A stretch of DNA of 64,000 nucleotides from an uncultured bacterium. Lineage in GTDB: Bacteria; Patescibacteriota; Andersenbacteria; UBA10190; CAIZMI01. Location: NCBI GenBank assembly GCA_903934015.1, contig CAIZMI010000044.1, forward strand, positions 5,027 through 69,026. The letters run 5' to 3'. The notes beneath the pieces were generated by a model, which saw nothing but the letters and a program-made list of their open reading frames with translations, did no database searches and was not told the origin of the DNA. The stretch's first letter is position 1. Every line of letters starts with the position of its first letter. Below are positions 38,966-48,346 of this stretch, piece after piece. Both the position numbers and the translations under genes were made by a program.

Positions 38966-39041
38966 AAAATTTCTAATTTCTAATACCTAATGAAATTCCA
39001 AAAGTCCAATTCGATGTTTTAAAATTATTACATTTCATTAG
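38966..39041. repeat. AT-rich inverted-repeat element (TTCTAATTTCTAATACCTAATGAAAT ... ATTTCATTAG)
   Basis: Related copy at 54418-54520. Both lie in promoter-proximal intergenic DNA. Confidence 0.45.
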
Positions 39042-39162
39042 ACATATATTATTCGATAATTACAAATATTTTAAGATTTACTGTGCCTTGCTTTTTTTAT
39101 ATATTTATTATATATTGCGAAGTCGTTGTTGTTTGTCACAAAAAACAAGAAAAAGGGGATTG

Positions 39163-39794
39163 CCGTGCCAAATATTGAAATTCACGGGTTCGATTGTCCA
39201 ATTTCCGAAGCAGCAAAAAAAGCCATACAAAGGATTAGGGAAATATTTACGGGGGTAAGTTTTTACAGTGAGATTGCAGTCGAGATTGTACTCTCAAGTT
39301 CGCAGGATCTGTCCGGTAATCATCTTCCGTATCTGCGCGTATGGGATACCAATAAAGTACGTGGTCGGCAAATGAGCAACACGTTACGGATGAATGGTTT
39401 TTGCGTCGAGCGACCAGTGGCGCTGGAAGAATTCGGACAGCCGTCAATGTGGAGCGAAGGAGAAATTCACGCAGATTTGTCACTAATGCTTTCACACGAT
39501 TGGATGAGTGAGGGCACATCTCAGATATTGTTGGGTAGGGCAATCGAGGATATGCGGAATCGAGAATTTGGTAAGGTTGCCCAGCTCTATATTGCGGTGG
39601 CACACAGTTTTTTGATTTCGCTTGGTAATCATTTGTTGCCTCCAGAGGACATGATTCGCAAAGTCGATTTACATCTTTTGGAAAGGAGTATGGGAGAAGC
39701 AAAAATAAAGATGCGACTCGTGCAGGTGATGCAAATCATTGAGTCGCTTGTTCCTAAGTGGAAATGGAAAAATTATTTTATCGAACATGAATAG
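39163..39794 (+). CDS. hypothetical protein
   Basis: AAAAGGGGA RBS then GTG 39163. A terminator (CCGCC..GGCGG + T-run) follows at ~39800-39825. Confidence 0.35.
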
Positions 39795-39884
39795 AGTCGC
39801 TACCGCCCAGTTCCGGCGGTTTTTTATTGGCGTTAACCTGATTTTTGTGATAGCTTTACTATGTAATTATCATTTATCTTTCCA

Positions 39885-40532
39885 ATGGAAGAACAACAAA
39901 AAAATGAAGAGCCGGTAAGGCAAGAGTCGGTTTGGCGTAATTTATTTTCTAGTATATGGGGGTTGGCGAAGGTTTTTATTATCAGCGCTCTTGTTATTTT
40001 GCCGATTCGGGCATACGTGGCGCAACCTTTTTTTGTTCGAGGGGAAAGTATGGTGCCGAATTTTCATGATGGTGAATATTTGGTAATTGATGAGTTGTCT
40101 TATAATACGGGGATTCGTTCACCGAAACGCGGTGATGTGGTCGTTTTTCGCTACCCGAAAGATCCTTCACAGTTCTACATAAAAAGAATTATTGGTCTTC
40201 CCGGTGAAAGAGTGGTGATATCTGGTGATAAAATTGTGGTCGTGAATAAAGAATATCCCAAAGGATTGCAACTTAATGAAGGACAATATTTACCAATCAC
40301 AGATATTACGACAGGAAACGTTGATTCTGTTCTTGGTAAAGATGAATATTTTGTGTTGGGTGACAATCGAGAACACAGTTCCGATTCGCGCTACTGGGGT
40401 GCGGTGCCACGAAATCTGATCGTTGGTCGTGCTTGGTTGCGCTTGTTTCCAATAAATGAAGCGTCTGCTTTCACAACTCCCCATTATGGTGGTATTGTTC
40501 CGCCACAAGCAACAGTTTCGTCACAACCATAA
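39885..40532 (+). CDS. lepB: signal peptidase I
   Basis: TM anchor, catalytic Ser box GESMVPN, Lys box YIKRIIGLPGE, GDNREHSSDSRYWG. Confidence 0.88.
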   Translation: MEEQQKNEEPVRQESVWRNLFSSIWGLAKVFIISALVILPIRAYVAQPFFVRGESMVPNFHDGEYLVIDELSYNTGIRSPKRGDVVVFRYPKDPSQFYIKRIIGLPGERVVISGDKIVVVNKEYPKGLQLNEGQYLPITDITTGNVDSVLGKDEYFVLGDNREHSSDSRYWGAVPRNLIVGRAWLRLFPINEASAFTTPHYGGIVPPQATVSSQP

Positions 40533-40550
40533 TTATTTTTTATTACTATT

Positions 40551-42014
40551 ATGAATAAGGCATCTAAAGAAGATTTAAAGAAGGACAAGAAAATAGAAGA
40601 AGAAAAACCGATTGTACCGGCGCACACCGAGCAACGTCGCGGAATGCAACGTCCGCCGGAAGAAGAGGAAGAAGATATTCGCGCCCGTGCGCCAATCGCT
40701 TTAGTTGTTCGTTCACCGCGTGGCATGCAGGATGTTCTTTGGGATGATATGCGTTATTGGGATATTGTAAGCGACACTTTCAAGCAAGTGGCGACTAGTT
40801 TTAATATGAAAAAGGTTTCTGTTCCGGTTGTCGAAGAAGCGGCGCTTTTTGAAAGAAGTATCGGTGAAACAACGGATGTGGTTGAAAAGGAAATGTTTTT
40901 TGTGAAGGATCGTAGCGGAACGACTCGTTTGGCTTTGCGTCCGGAGTTTACAGCTGGTGTCGCCCGCGCTTATTTGGAACACGGAATGAGCAGTAAGCCA
41001 CAACCGGTGCGGATGTGGTACCAGGGGCCGGTTTTTCGTCACGATCGTCCGCAGGCGGGTCGTTATCGTCAGTTAACGCAATTTGGCGTAGAGGTGATTG
41101 GTGAAGCGCACTCGATTATTGATGTGCAGGTGATTCATTTGGCTTATGAGGCTTATAAGGCATTACAGCTTGATGCGTTCAGAATTGATATTAATTCCGT
41201 TGGTTGTTTGAATAAAACTTGTCGTCCTGCTTACATCAATTCCTTGAAAAAACACGCGCAAGACAATACACGCAAGCTTTGCGTTGATTGCAAGCGTCGT
41301 TCAAAGGTAAATCCATTGCGCATTTTTGATTGTAAGGAGGAAAAATGTCAGGTGGTGGCGAATTTGGCGCCAAAAATTACAGAGCATCTTTGTGAGCAGT
41401 GCAAAGAACATTATCAAAATGTACTGCGATATTTGCAGGATTTGGGTATTCCATTTCGTGAGAATGCGCGCTTGGTGCGTGGTTTGGATTATTATACCCG
41501 CACGGCATTTGAAATTATTTCAACTCTACCGGCCACAGATCCCTTGAGTGGTTTGGCACTTGGTGGTGGCGGTCGTTATGATGACCTGATTCAATTGCTG
41601 GGTGGTCCCGCCACTCCCGCTATTGGATTTTCCGGCGGAGTAGAGCGGACAATTATGCAAATGAAAGCGGAGGGTGTTGAAGTAAAAAATAATGATATGC
41701 CGGATGTGTTTTTGGCGCACTTGGGTGATCTTGGACGTCGTCGCGCCGTAAAACTTTTAGACGATTTGCGTCGTTCTGGTTTTAGAGTTGCCGAAGCTTT
41801 TCATAAGGATGGTATCAAAGCGCAATTACGTAACGCCGATCGCGTGAAGGTGCAGTGGACGCTTATTCTTGGACAAAAAGAAGCCTTGGATAACACTATT
41901 ATTTTGCGCAACATGGAAAGCGGAATGCAGGAAACATTAGACTTGAATCTAGACTCGCTTGTGCCTGCATTGAAGAAAAGACTTCACAAGGAAATTCTGA
42001 CGAGCCACACGTGA
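40551..42014 (+). CDS. hisS: histidine--tRNA ligase with basic N-terminal extension
   Basis: Class II motifs (MFFVKDRSG..LALRPEFT, motif 2 RYRQLTQFGVEVIG, motif 3 GGGRYDDL) and a C-terminal anticodon-binding domain. Confidence 0.9.
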   Translation: MNKASKEDLKKDKKIEEEKPIVPAHTEQRRGMQRPPEEEEEDIRARAPIALVVRSPRGMQDVLWDDMRYWDIVSDTFKQVATSFNMKKVSVPVVEEAALFERSIGETTDVVEKEMFFVKDRSGTTRLALRPEFTAGVARAYLEHGMSSKPQPVRMWYQGPVFRHDRPQAGRYRQLTQFGVEVIGEAHSIIDVQVIHLAYEAYKALQLDAFRIDINSVGCLNKTCRPAYINSLKKHAQDNTRKLCVDCKRRSKVNPLRIFDCKEEKCQVVANLAPKITEHLCEQCKEHYQNVLRYLQDLGIPFRENARLVRGLDYYTRTAFEIISTLPATDPLSGLALGGGGRYDDLIQLLGGPATPAIGFSGGVERTIMQMKAEGVEVKNNDMPDVFLAHLGDLGRRRAVKLLDDLRRSGFRVAEAFHKDGIKAQLRNADRVKVQWTLILGQKEALDNTIILRNMESGMQETLDLNLDSLVPALKKRLHKEILTSHT

Positions 42015-42094
42015 ACATGAATAATGAATGATGATATATGATGTACGAAAAGCATCGCTCATTATTCATCAATCATAAATCTTAATTCAGTAAC

Positions 42095-42436
42095 ATGATT
42101 GACTGTATTTTTTGCAAGCTTGTTGCGGAAGGAATCGGTCGCGATATCGCTTATGAGGACGATGATATTATTGCATTTCCAGATAGGTTTCCAAAATATA
42201 AAATACATATTTTGATTATCCCAAAGAAGCATTTAATGTCCTCAATAGCGGAAAGTACAGCGCAAAATGATGAACTTGTGGGAAAAATATTAAGGATTGG
42301 CGCACAAATTGCCAAGGAAAATGGTTTGGCAGAAAAAGGTTTCCGCTTATTGACCAATACGGGCGGAGACGCTGGACAATCGGTTCCTCATTTACATGTT
42401 CACTTATTGGGTGGTGAAAAACTGCGACCAGTATAG
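42095..42436 (+). CDS. HIT family (Hint-like) nucleotide hydrolase
   Basis: Histidine triad HLHVHLLGG. Confidence 0.85.
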   Translation: MIDCIFCKLVAEGIGRDIAYEDDDIIAFPDRFPKYKIHILIIPKKHLMSSIAESTAQNDELVGKILRIGAQIAKENGLAEKGFRLLTNTGGDAGQSVPHLHVHLLGGEKLRPV

Positions 42437-42527
42437 TCGTGAGGTGTCAGATACTTTTTTTGACACTTTTTGCTCTCTCTGTTACTATTCGATCATTCAA
42501 ATTTAAAGAAAGAGGTGAGTTTTATTC

Positions 42528-42773
42528 ATGTTTGAAGTGAAAAAAAAGGAGCACGAATCGCTCGACAGTCTTTTGCGTCGCTTTCACCGTAAGGTGCAAC
42601 AAAGCGGTGTGATTATTCAGGCAAAAAAGGTTCGTTATTACGAGCGACCAAAGAGCAAACAACGCCAAAGAAAAGAAGCGATTCGCAAAACCGAACTTAA
42701 GGGCGAAAGAGATTTGTTAAAGAAACTTGGAAAATTGGAAGAACGTACTCATGAGCGCTCCGGTGGTTTTTAA
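42528..42773 (+). CDS. rpsU: 30S ribosomal protein S21
   Basis: SLDSLLRRFHRKVQQSGV..YYERPKSKQRQRK resembles S21 (ALRRFKR..AGV..EKP..ERKR). Confidence 0.65.
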   Translation: MFEVKKKEHESLDSLLRRFHRKVQQSGVIIQAKKVRYYERPKSKQRQRKEAIRKTELKGERDLLKKLGKLEERTHERSGGF

Positions 42774-42785
42774 TACTACTGTTTA

Positions 42786-43229
42786 ATGACTCTTGCTGAG
42801 CAAATAACGGCAGACTTACGCTTGTCCATGAAGGCAGGCGATGTTCTGCGTCTTTCAACCTTGAGATTGCTTCAGTCTCAGATTACCAATCAAAAAATCG
42901 CATTAAAAACAGAGGTGCTTCCAAATGAAGAATTGGTAAAAATTGTTCAGCGCGAGATAAAGAAACGACGTGAGGCGTCAGACGCTTTTTCAAAAGGTGG
43001 ACGAACAGCAGATGCTGAAAAGGAAATCCAGGAACAAAAAATATTGGAAGCATATTTACCGAAACAAATATCAGATGTTGAACTGGAGAAATTTGTGGTT
43101 GGTTTTATCAGTGAAATTTCCGGCGATAAAAATGTCGGTAAAATTACTGGCGCAATTCTTGGTAAACTTAAGGGGCAGGTGGATGGTAATCGTGTAAAAT
43201 TAATGATTGAAAGAATTCTTAAAACTTGA
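42786..43229 (+). CDS. GatB/YqeY domain protein
   Basis: YqeY-like sequence. 147 aa. Confidence 0.75.
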   Translation: MTLAEQITADLRLSMKAGDVLRLSTLRLLQSQITNQKIALKTEVLPNEELVKIVQREIKKRREASDAFSKGGRTADAEKEIQEQKILEAYLPKQISDVELEKFVVGFISEISGDKNVGKITGAILGKLKGQVDGNRVKLMIERILKT

Positions 43230-43280
43230 GCAGAGAAGGAGTTTTGTGGCATAATTACGACATACATATAAATTAACAAG

Positions 43281-44501
43281 ATGGACACACAAATAAATGG
43301 CGCGGTGGGCAATAACGGAACAGGTTTACTAGACGATACTTCTGGTGGTATTGCGAATGATTTACCACCAAAAAAATCGTCGATGAATATACCAAGTTTT
43401 CCGCCAAAAGGCAGTATTGAACCGCCGACTAATTTACCTTTTGCTGATGATGTTGATGATTCTGCGGAAAATCAGAAAATGGTGTCTGAAAAAGTTGCTG
43501 ATGCCGTTCCTGTGTTATTAAAACCAATACCAAAAATTGTCCCGGGTGTTAGAGGGCCATTGCCGTCCGCTCCCGCAAATCCAATGAAAAATTCTAGTGC
43601 CAAGTTTGGTATTGGAACATCTTTAAAAGGCTCTATTGTCAACAAGGAAGCCGTAAAAGCCGTAACAGAATTGAAGCCGGCTTCTTTAGTAAAAAATGTC
43701 ACGATTTCTAAAGAGGATGATTTAGGTAACAGTTTGGGTGATAATGTGATGCCGGAATCGGAAGAAAAAAAGTCCGAATCTGATGTTCACTCGATATTGT
43801 CTTCGGCTCGCCCAAGGATTGGTGTCCCAAAACCGCCAATTGTCCCCGAGTCTACGGTTGAAAAAGAGATTGAAGAACTTATTAATAAGTCTGAAAGTGA
43901 CGATGGCACAAAAATATCAGGAAAGAATATTTTGCCACCAACAGCACCTCCGGAAAGTAGTGTTGATAGAAACATTCGACCGCGTAGATTGGCAATAGTG
44001 GTTATTGTTCTACTTTTGTTTATTGGAGCAATTTTTGTGTCGCTTTGGTATTTTATGACAAGAAAAACAAGTACTGCGGTAATTCCTCAACCAACTGATT
44101 TATCTTTGTTTTCGCCTGAACCGACTACAAATACGGTTGATGCGACACCGGTCCCCAGTGCGGATTTACTTAGTCAGGTAGATTCGGATGTTGATGGTCT
44201 GACTGACGCGCAGGAAACAAAGTTGGGAACAGATCCTTTTAAGGCTGATACGGACGGGGATGGATATAATGACAAACAAGAAATTGACGCTGGTTTTGAT
44301 CCATTGGTTAATGGTGGAAAACTTGATACTGATCGTGACGGTTTGGCCGATCCTGATGAAAAATGTTGGGGTGCGGGCGTTAATAATCCGGATTCGGACG
44401 GTGACGGTTATTTAGACGGTCAGGAAGTTATTAATGGTTATGATCCGCTAATACCGTCTCCCAATGACAAGCTTATCGGTGTGGCACGTTGTAAAATATA
44501 A
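43281..44501 (+). CDS. single-pass membrane protein with extracellular thrombospondin-type-3-like Ca-binding repeats
   Basis: Disordered P/S-rich N-terminus, TM (LAIVVIVLLLFIGAIFVSLWYF), then DxDxDGxxD repeats (DSDVDGLTD, DTDGDGYND, DTDRDGLAD, DSDGDGYLD). Confidence 0.6.
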   Translation: MDTQINGAVGNNGTGLLDDTSGGIANDLPPKKSSMNIPSFPPKGSIEPPTNLPFADDVDDSAENQKMVSEKVADAVPVLLKPIPKIVPGVRGPLPSAPANPMKNSSAKFGIGTSLKGSIVNKEAVKAVTELKPASLVKNVTISKEDDLGNSLGDNVMPESEEKKSESDVHSILSSARPRIGVPKPPIVPESTVEKEIEELINKSESDDGTKISGKNILPPTAPPESSVDRNIRPRRLAIVVIVLLLFIGAIFVSLWYFMTRKTSTAVIPQPTDLSLFSPEPTTNTVDATPVPSADLLSQVDSDVDGLTDAQETKLGTDPFKADTDGDGYNDKQEIDAGFDPLVNGGKLDTDRDGLADPDEKCWGAGVNNPDSDGDGYLDGQEVINGYDPLIPSPNDKLIGVARCKI

Positions 44502-44531
44502 TTTCGTACAAGTTTTTGGTATTTGTTTATT

Positions 44532-44981
44532 ATGAAAGTAGAATTTGTTAACAATACCGATCATAAAATAGTTGCAAAGGAGTTTGATTTATTGATTGGA
44601 TGTGTTGCAAGGGAATTGCGTTTGTCGCCAAAGACGAGCGTGGGTATTTTTTTTGTTGAAAGTAAGGAAATTAAAAAATTAAATCGTGAAACAAGAAAAA
44701 TAAATAAAATCACGGATGTCCTTTCTTTTCCAATGCAGGAAAAAAACAGCAAATATGAGAAGGATGCCGATGGGGATATTGCGCTTGGTGATGTTGTTAT
44801 TTGTCCCGACTATGCGCTTAAGAATGCAATTAAAATGGGTAGAAAAGCGGAAAGCGAACTGATTTTTTTAGCGGTACACGGCATGCTTCATTTGTGTGGT
44901 TATGATCATGATTCTGATGATGATCATATAAAAATGGACAAGGTTGCAAATAAGATTATTAATTGCTTTGAAAAATTATGA
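44532..44981 (+). CDS. ybeY: rRNA maturation endoribonuclease YbeY
   Basis: HGMLHLCGYDH zinc motif. Confidence 0.85.
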   Translation: MKVEFVNNTDHKIVAKEFDLLIGCVARELRLSPKTSVGIFFVESKEIKKLNRETRKINKITDVLSFPMQEKNSKYEKDADGDIALGDVVICPDYALKNAIKMGRKAESELIFLAVHGMLHLCGYDHDSDDDHIKMDKVANKIINCFEKL

Positions 44982-45361
44982 TGCGCCGAATAAAATACGC
45001 GATACAGGGGCTTGTATTGGGAATCAAAACAGATCGTTCGATTCGTTTGCACTTCATTGTGGCATTAATTGTGTTTATTGGTGCGTTGTTGTTGCAAATA
45101 CCGTCTCTTCAGTGGGCGATATTGATATTGACAATATTTTTCGTGATCGTTATGGAGTATGTTAACTCTGCGATTGAGTCTTTTGCTGATCGTGTTCATC
45201 CGGAACAACATTTTGCGATTAAAAAAACTAAGGATCTTGCGGCGGCCGGTGTATTTTTGTCCGCTATTTGCGCACTTTTGGTGGGATTATTGATTTTTCT
45301 TCCACCATTAATAAAGATGACCGCGGAATGTTGTTTATCGACAGTCACTGATGAACAATAA
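44978..45361 (+). CDS. dgkA: diacylglycerol kinase (prokaryotic DgkA family)
   Basis: 3-TM, EYVNSAIE motif. 4-nt overlap with ybeY. Confidence 0.75.
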   Translation: MMRRIKYAIQGLVLGIKTDRSIRLHFIVALIVFIGALLLQIPSLQWAILILTIFFVIVMEYVNSAIESFADRVHPEQHFAIKKTKDLAAAGVFLSAICALLVGLLIFLPPLIKMTAECCLSTVTDEQ

Positions 45362-45439
45362 ACATGACACATTAGGCTATGGTACTTTTGTGTGGCAGTA
45401 TAGAATCAATTAAACATGGTATGATAATCAAGAAGACTT

Positions 45440-46684
45440 ATGTCAAAAGATGAAATATTGGTAGGTTTGGATGTCGGAACAACAACAACAAGGGTTGTTG
45501 TTGCGGTTCGATCTCCTGAAAATGAAAAACCGTCTGTTCTTGGAATTGGTGTTGTTGCCTCGTCTGGAATTCAGAAAGGTGTTGTGACTGACGTTGAAGA
45601 AACAATCCAATCTGTAAGCAAGGCATTGGATCAAGCAGAACAGATGGCCGGAATTCCGATTGAGCGTGCCACTGTCAGTATTGGTGGGGCGCATATTTCC
45701 TCGCAAAACAGTCGTGGTGTAATTGCTGTTTCAAGAGCGGATGGTGAAATAAGCGAAGATGATATCACGCGGGTAGTAAACGCTGCGCAAGCTATTTCAA
45801 TACCATCCAATCGTGAAATACTTCATGTCGTACCGCAACAGTTTGTTGTTGATAGTCAGGATGGAATAACCGATCCGTTGGGGATGACCGGTGTTAGATT
45901 GGAAGTGGACGCTCATATTATTGAAGGTTCCGCGCCGTTTATTAAAAATTTGACGAAGTGTGTTTATCAAGCGGGTGTTACGGTGGGGGATTTGGTGTAC
46001 GCTCCGTTATCTGCCGCCAAGGCGGTTCTTTCCAAGAGACAGCGCGAATTGGGTGTAATTCTAATCGACTTAGGCGGTGGTACAACCAATATCGCTGTTT
46101 TTGAAGAAAATCGTTTGCTTCAGACGGCAACTTTACCGATTGGTTCAATGCACATTACAAATGATATCGCAATTGGTCTTCGTTCATCTATTGATGTGGC
46201 GGAAAAAATTAAAGTAGAACTTGGTACGGCACTGCCGGATGAAGTAAAGAAAACACAGGTAATAAACTTAAAGCATATGGATGAACAAGAAGAAGAAACG
46301 GAAATACCACGACGTCACGTTGCGGAAATTATTGAGGCGCGGTTGTCTGAAATATTTGCAATGGTAAATAAAGAATTAAAATCAGTTCAGCGGTCCGGGC
46401 TTTTGCCGGCCGGAGTTGTGCTTACCGGTGGTGGGTCAAAAATGCACGGTGTTGTTGAATTGGCAAAAAAAGAATTGCGATTACCTGCGCAGTTGGGTTA
46501 CCCGCAACCATTGCCTGGAATTGTTGATGAAATTAATGATCCGGCATGGGCAACAGCGATGGGATTAATCTTTCATACTATGGATAATCAACAAGCAAAG
46601 CCCCGTTCATCAATGCCAAATCTTTCTTCGGTTGGTCCAACGGTAACAAAAATTCGGGGCTGGTTTCGGTCGTTAATGCCTTGA
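45440..46684 (+). CDS. ftsA: cell division protein FtsA
   Basis: Actin-fold. N-terminus ILVGLDVGTTTTRVVVA; DLGGGTTNIAVF. Confidence 0.9.
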   Translation: MSKDEILVGLDVGTTTTRVVVAVRSPENEKPSVLGIGVVASSGIQKGVVTDVEETIQSVSKALDQAEQMAGIPIERATVSIGGAHISSQNSRGVIAVSRADGEISEDDITRVVNAAQAISIPSNREILHVVPQQFVVDSQDGITDPLGMTGVRLEVDAHIIEGSAPFIKNLTKCVYQAGVTVGDLVYAPLSAAKAVLSKRQRELGVILIDLGGGTTNIAVFEENRLLQTATLPIGSMHITNDIAIGLRSSIDVAEKIKVELGTALPDEVKKTQVINLKHMDEQEEETEIPRRHVAEIIEARLSEIFAMVNKELKSVQRSGLLPAGVVLTGGGSKMHGVVELAKKELRLPAQLGYPQPLPGIVDEINDPAWATAMGLIFHTMDNQQAKPRSSMPNLSSVGPTVTKIRGWFRSLMP

Positions 46685-46689
46685 TGAGA

Positions 46690-46711
46690 GGGTGTAGGGA
46701 GTTGGGTGTAG
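46690..46711 (+). repeat. family-4 element fragment GGGTGTAGGGAGTTGGGTGTAG just after the ftsA stop
   Basis: Matches the 3' part of the leuS copy. Confidence 0.6.
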
Positions 46712-46858
46712 TTTTCTAAAGATAATACCGAAATTACGAATATAATTATATGTCAATCGTCAATGTCCATTGATGATTTTTAGTTATGGGAGGTTCAAAA
46801 GTTGTTTATAATATTTCTAGAATTTTACACCCTAAACGCTAACCCCCATATCCTTCCA

Positions 46859-46897
46859 TTGTTCACATTGAACAACAATAGTGTTCACACTGAACAA
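46859..46897. promoter_or_regulatory. two tandem 7-3-7 palindromes TTGTTCA-CAT-TGAACAA and GTGTTCA-CAC-TGAACAA (centres 22 bp apart) upstream of ftsZ; candidate operator
   Basis: Perfect inverted repeats. The same motif occurs at 48287-48303 and 49826-49842. Confidence 0.55.
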
Positions 46898-46970
46898 TGG
46901 TAAGTTTGACAAGCTTTTTCAGAATGGTATTCTGGCCGTGTTACCCATTAATGAATCGAAACAAAGATTT

Positions 46971-48143
46971 ATGGCAGAAGTTAAACCCAAAATAGAAACA
47001 CTTCCAAAAATAAAAGTCGTTGGTGTCGGAGGTTCCGGTAACGCCGCATTGAATAGGATGGTTGAAGCAAAAATTAAAGGAGTGGAGTTTATTGCGGTCA
47101 ATACTGATGCGCAGGCTTTGCATCATTCGGGCGCTGATCAGAAAATTCACATTGGCCAAACTTTAACAAGGGGTTTGGGCGCAGGGATGGATCCATCCGT
47201 CGGTCAACAGGCCGCGGAAGAAAGTCGTGAAGAAATTCATGAAGCGTTAAAAGGTAGCGACATGGTGTTCGTTGCTTGTGGTGAAGGCGGTGGAACGGGA
47301 ACCGGTGCTTCTCCTGTTGTGGCAGAAATTGCCAAAGAAAGTGGTGCGTTAACAATTGCGATTGTAACAAAACCTTTTTCTTTTGAAGGACAGGCACGCA
47401 GGATTATTGCTGATGAAGGTTTGGCAGAATTATGCGAACGGGTCGACGCGGCTGTTGTCATTCCAAATGATCGTCTGTTGCAGGTTATTGATAAAAAAAC
47501 ATCTTTGTTAGATGCGTTCCGAATTGTGGACGATGTGTTGCGCCAAGGTGTTCAAGGTATTACTGATTTGATTACCGAGCACGGTATGGTAAATGTTGAT
47601 TTTGCTGACGTTAGAGCAATTATGTCTGACGCCGGATCGGCTTTAATGGGCATTGGTAGAGCGACGGGTGAAAATCGCGCAGTTGAAGCCGCGCGTGCCG
47701 CAATTGATAGCCCATTGTTGGAAGTTTCTATTGATGGCGCGAAAGGGATTTTGTTTAATATCAGTGGTGGTTCGGATCTTGGTATGTATGAAGTGGAGGA
47801 AGCCGCTCGAATTATTACCGAGAACGCTGATCCTAATGCGCGTGTCATTTTTGGAGCAGTTATTGATGAAACACAAGTTAATGATGAGGTTCGTATTACG
47901 GTAGTTGCTACCGGTTTTGATTCAGCAAAGAAAGAACCATTGCAACATCGTGATCAGCCGAGAACAATGGTGGCAAAGCGACCGGTCAGTTCTGTGCCGT
48001 CATTTTCTAGGCCAATGGAACATCCGATGCCTTCACCGCAACCACATCCAGTAGTACCGCCACAACAAAAGACGATACAGCCACCAAGTACGCAAGAAGA
48101 TTTGGATATTCCAACGTTTATACGTCGTAAAATGAAAAATTAG
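46971..48143 (+). CDS. ftsZ: cell division GTPase FtsZ with P/Q-rich C-terminal linker
   Basis: [13 protein letters not shown], tubulin signature GGGTGTG, T7 loop. Start at ATG 46971; track GTG 46881 lies inside the palindrome. Confidence 0.9.
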   Translation: MAEVKPKIETLPKIKVVGVGGSGNAALNRMVEAKIKGVEFIAVNTDAQALHHSGADQKIHIGQTLTRGLGAGMDPSVGQQAAEESREEIHEALKGSDMVFVACGEGGGTGTGASPVVAEIAKESGALTIAIVTKPFSFEGQARRIIADEGLAELCERVDAAVVIPNDRLLQVIDKKTSLLDAFRIVDDVLRQGVQGITDLITEHGMVNVDFADVRAIMSDAGSALMGIGRATGENRAVEAARAAIDSPLLEVSIDGAKGILFNISGGSDLGMYEVEEAARIITENADPNARVIFGAVIDETQVNDEVRITVVATGFDSAKKEPLQHRDQPRTMVAKRPVSSVPSFSRPMEHPMPSPQPHPVVPPQQKTIQPPSTQEDLDIPTFIRRKMKN

Positions 48144-48277
48144 AGTAAAAAAATTTGAGACAGATAATTTTTCAAAGGTTCCGCCGAAAGAGGCGGAACC
48201 TTTTTGAAAATTTCTAAATATTTAAGAAAATAATCAATGGTTCAATGTTTAAATTGTTTTGGTAATTGAAAACAATT

Positions 48278-48312
48278 AACACCCCATTGTTCAAGGTGAA
48301 CAATGGGGTGTT
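48278..48312. promoter_or_regulatory. extended palindrome AACACCCCATTGTTCA-AGG-TGAACAATGGGGTGTT, 35 nt upstream of comEC
   Basis: Core TTGTTCA-N3-TGAACAA plus flanking CCATT/AATGG arms. Confidence 0.55.
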
Positions 48313-48346
48313 AATTGTGTCATAAGAATTGTACGATTATTAAACT

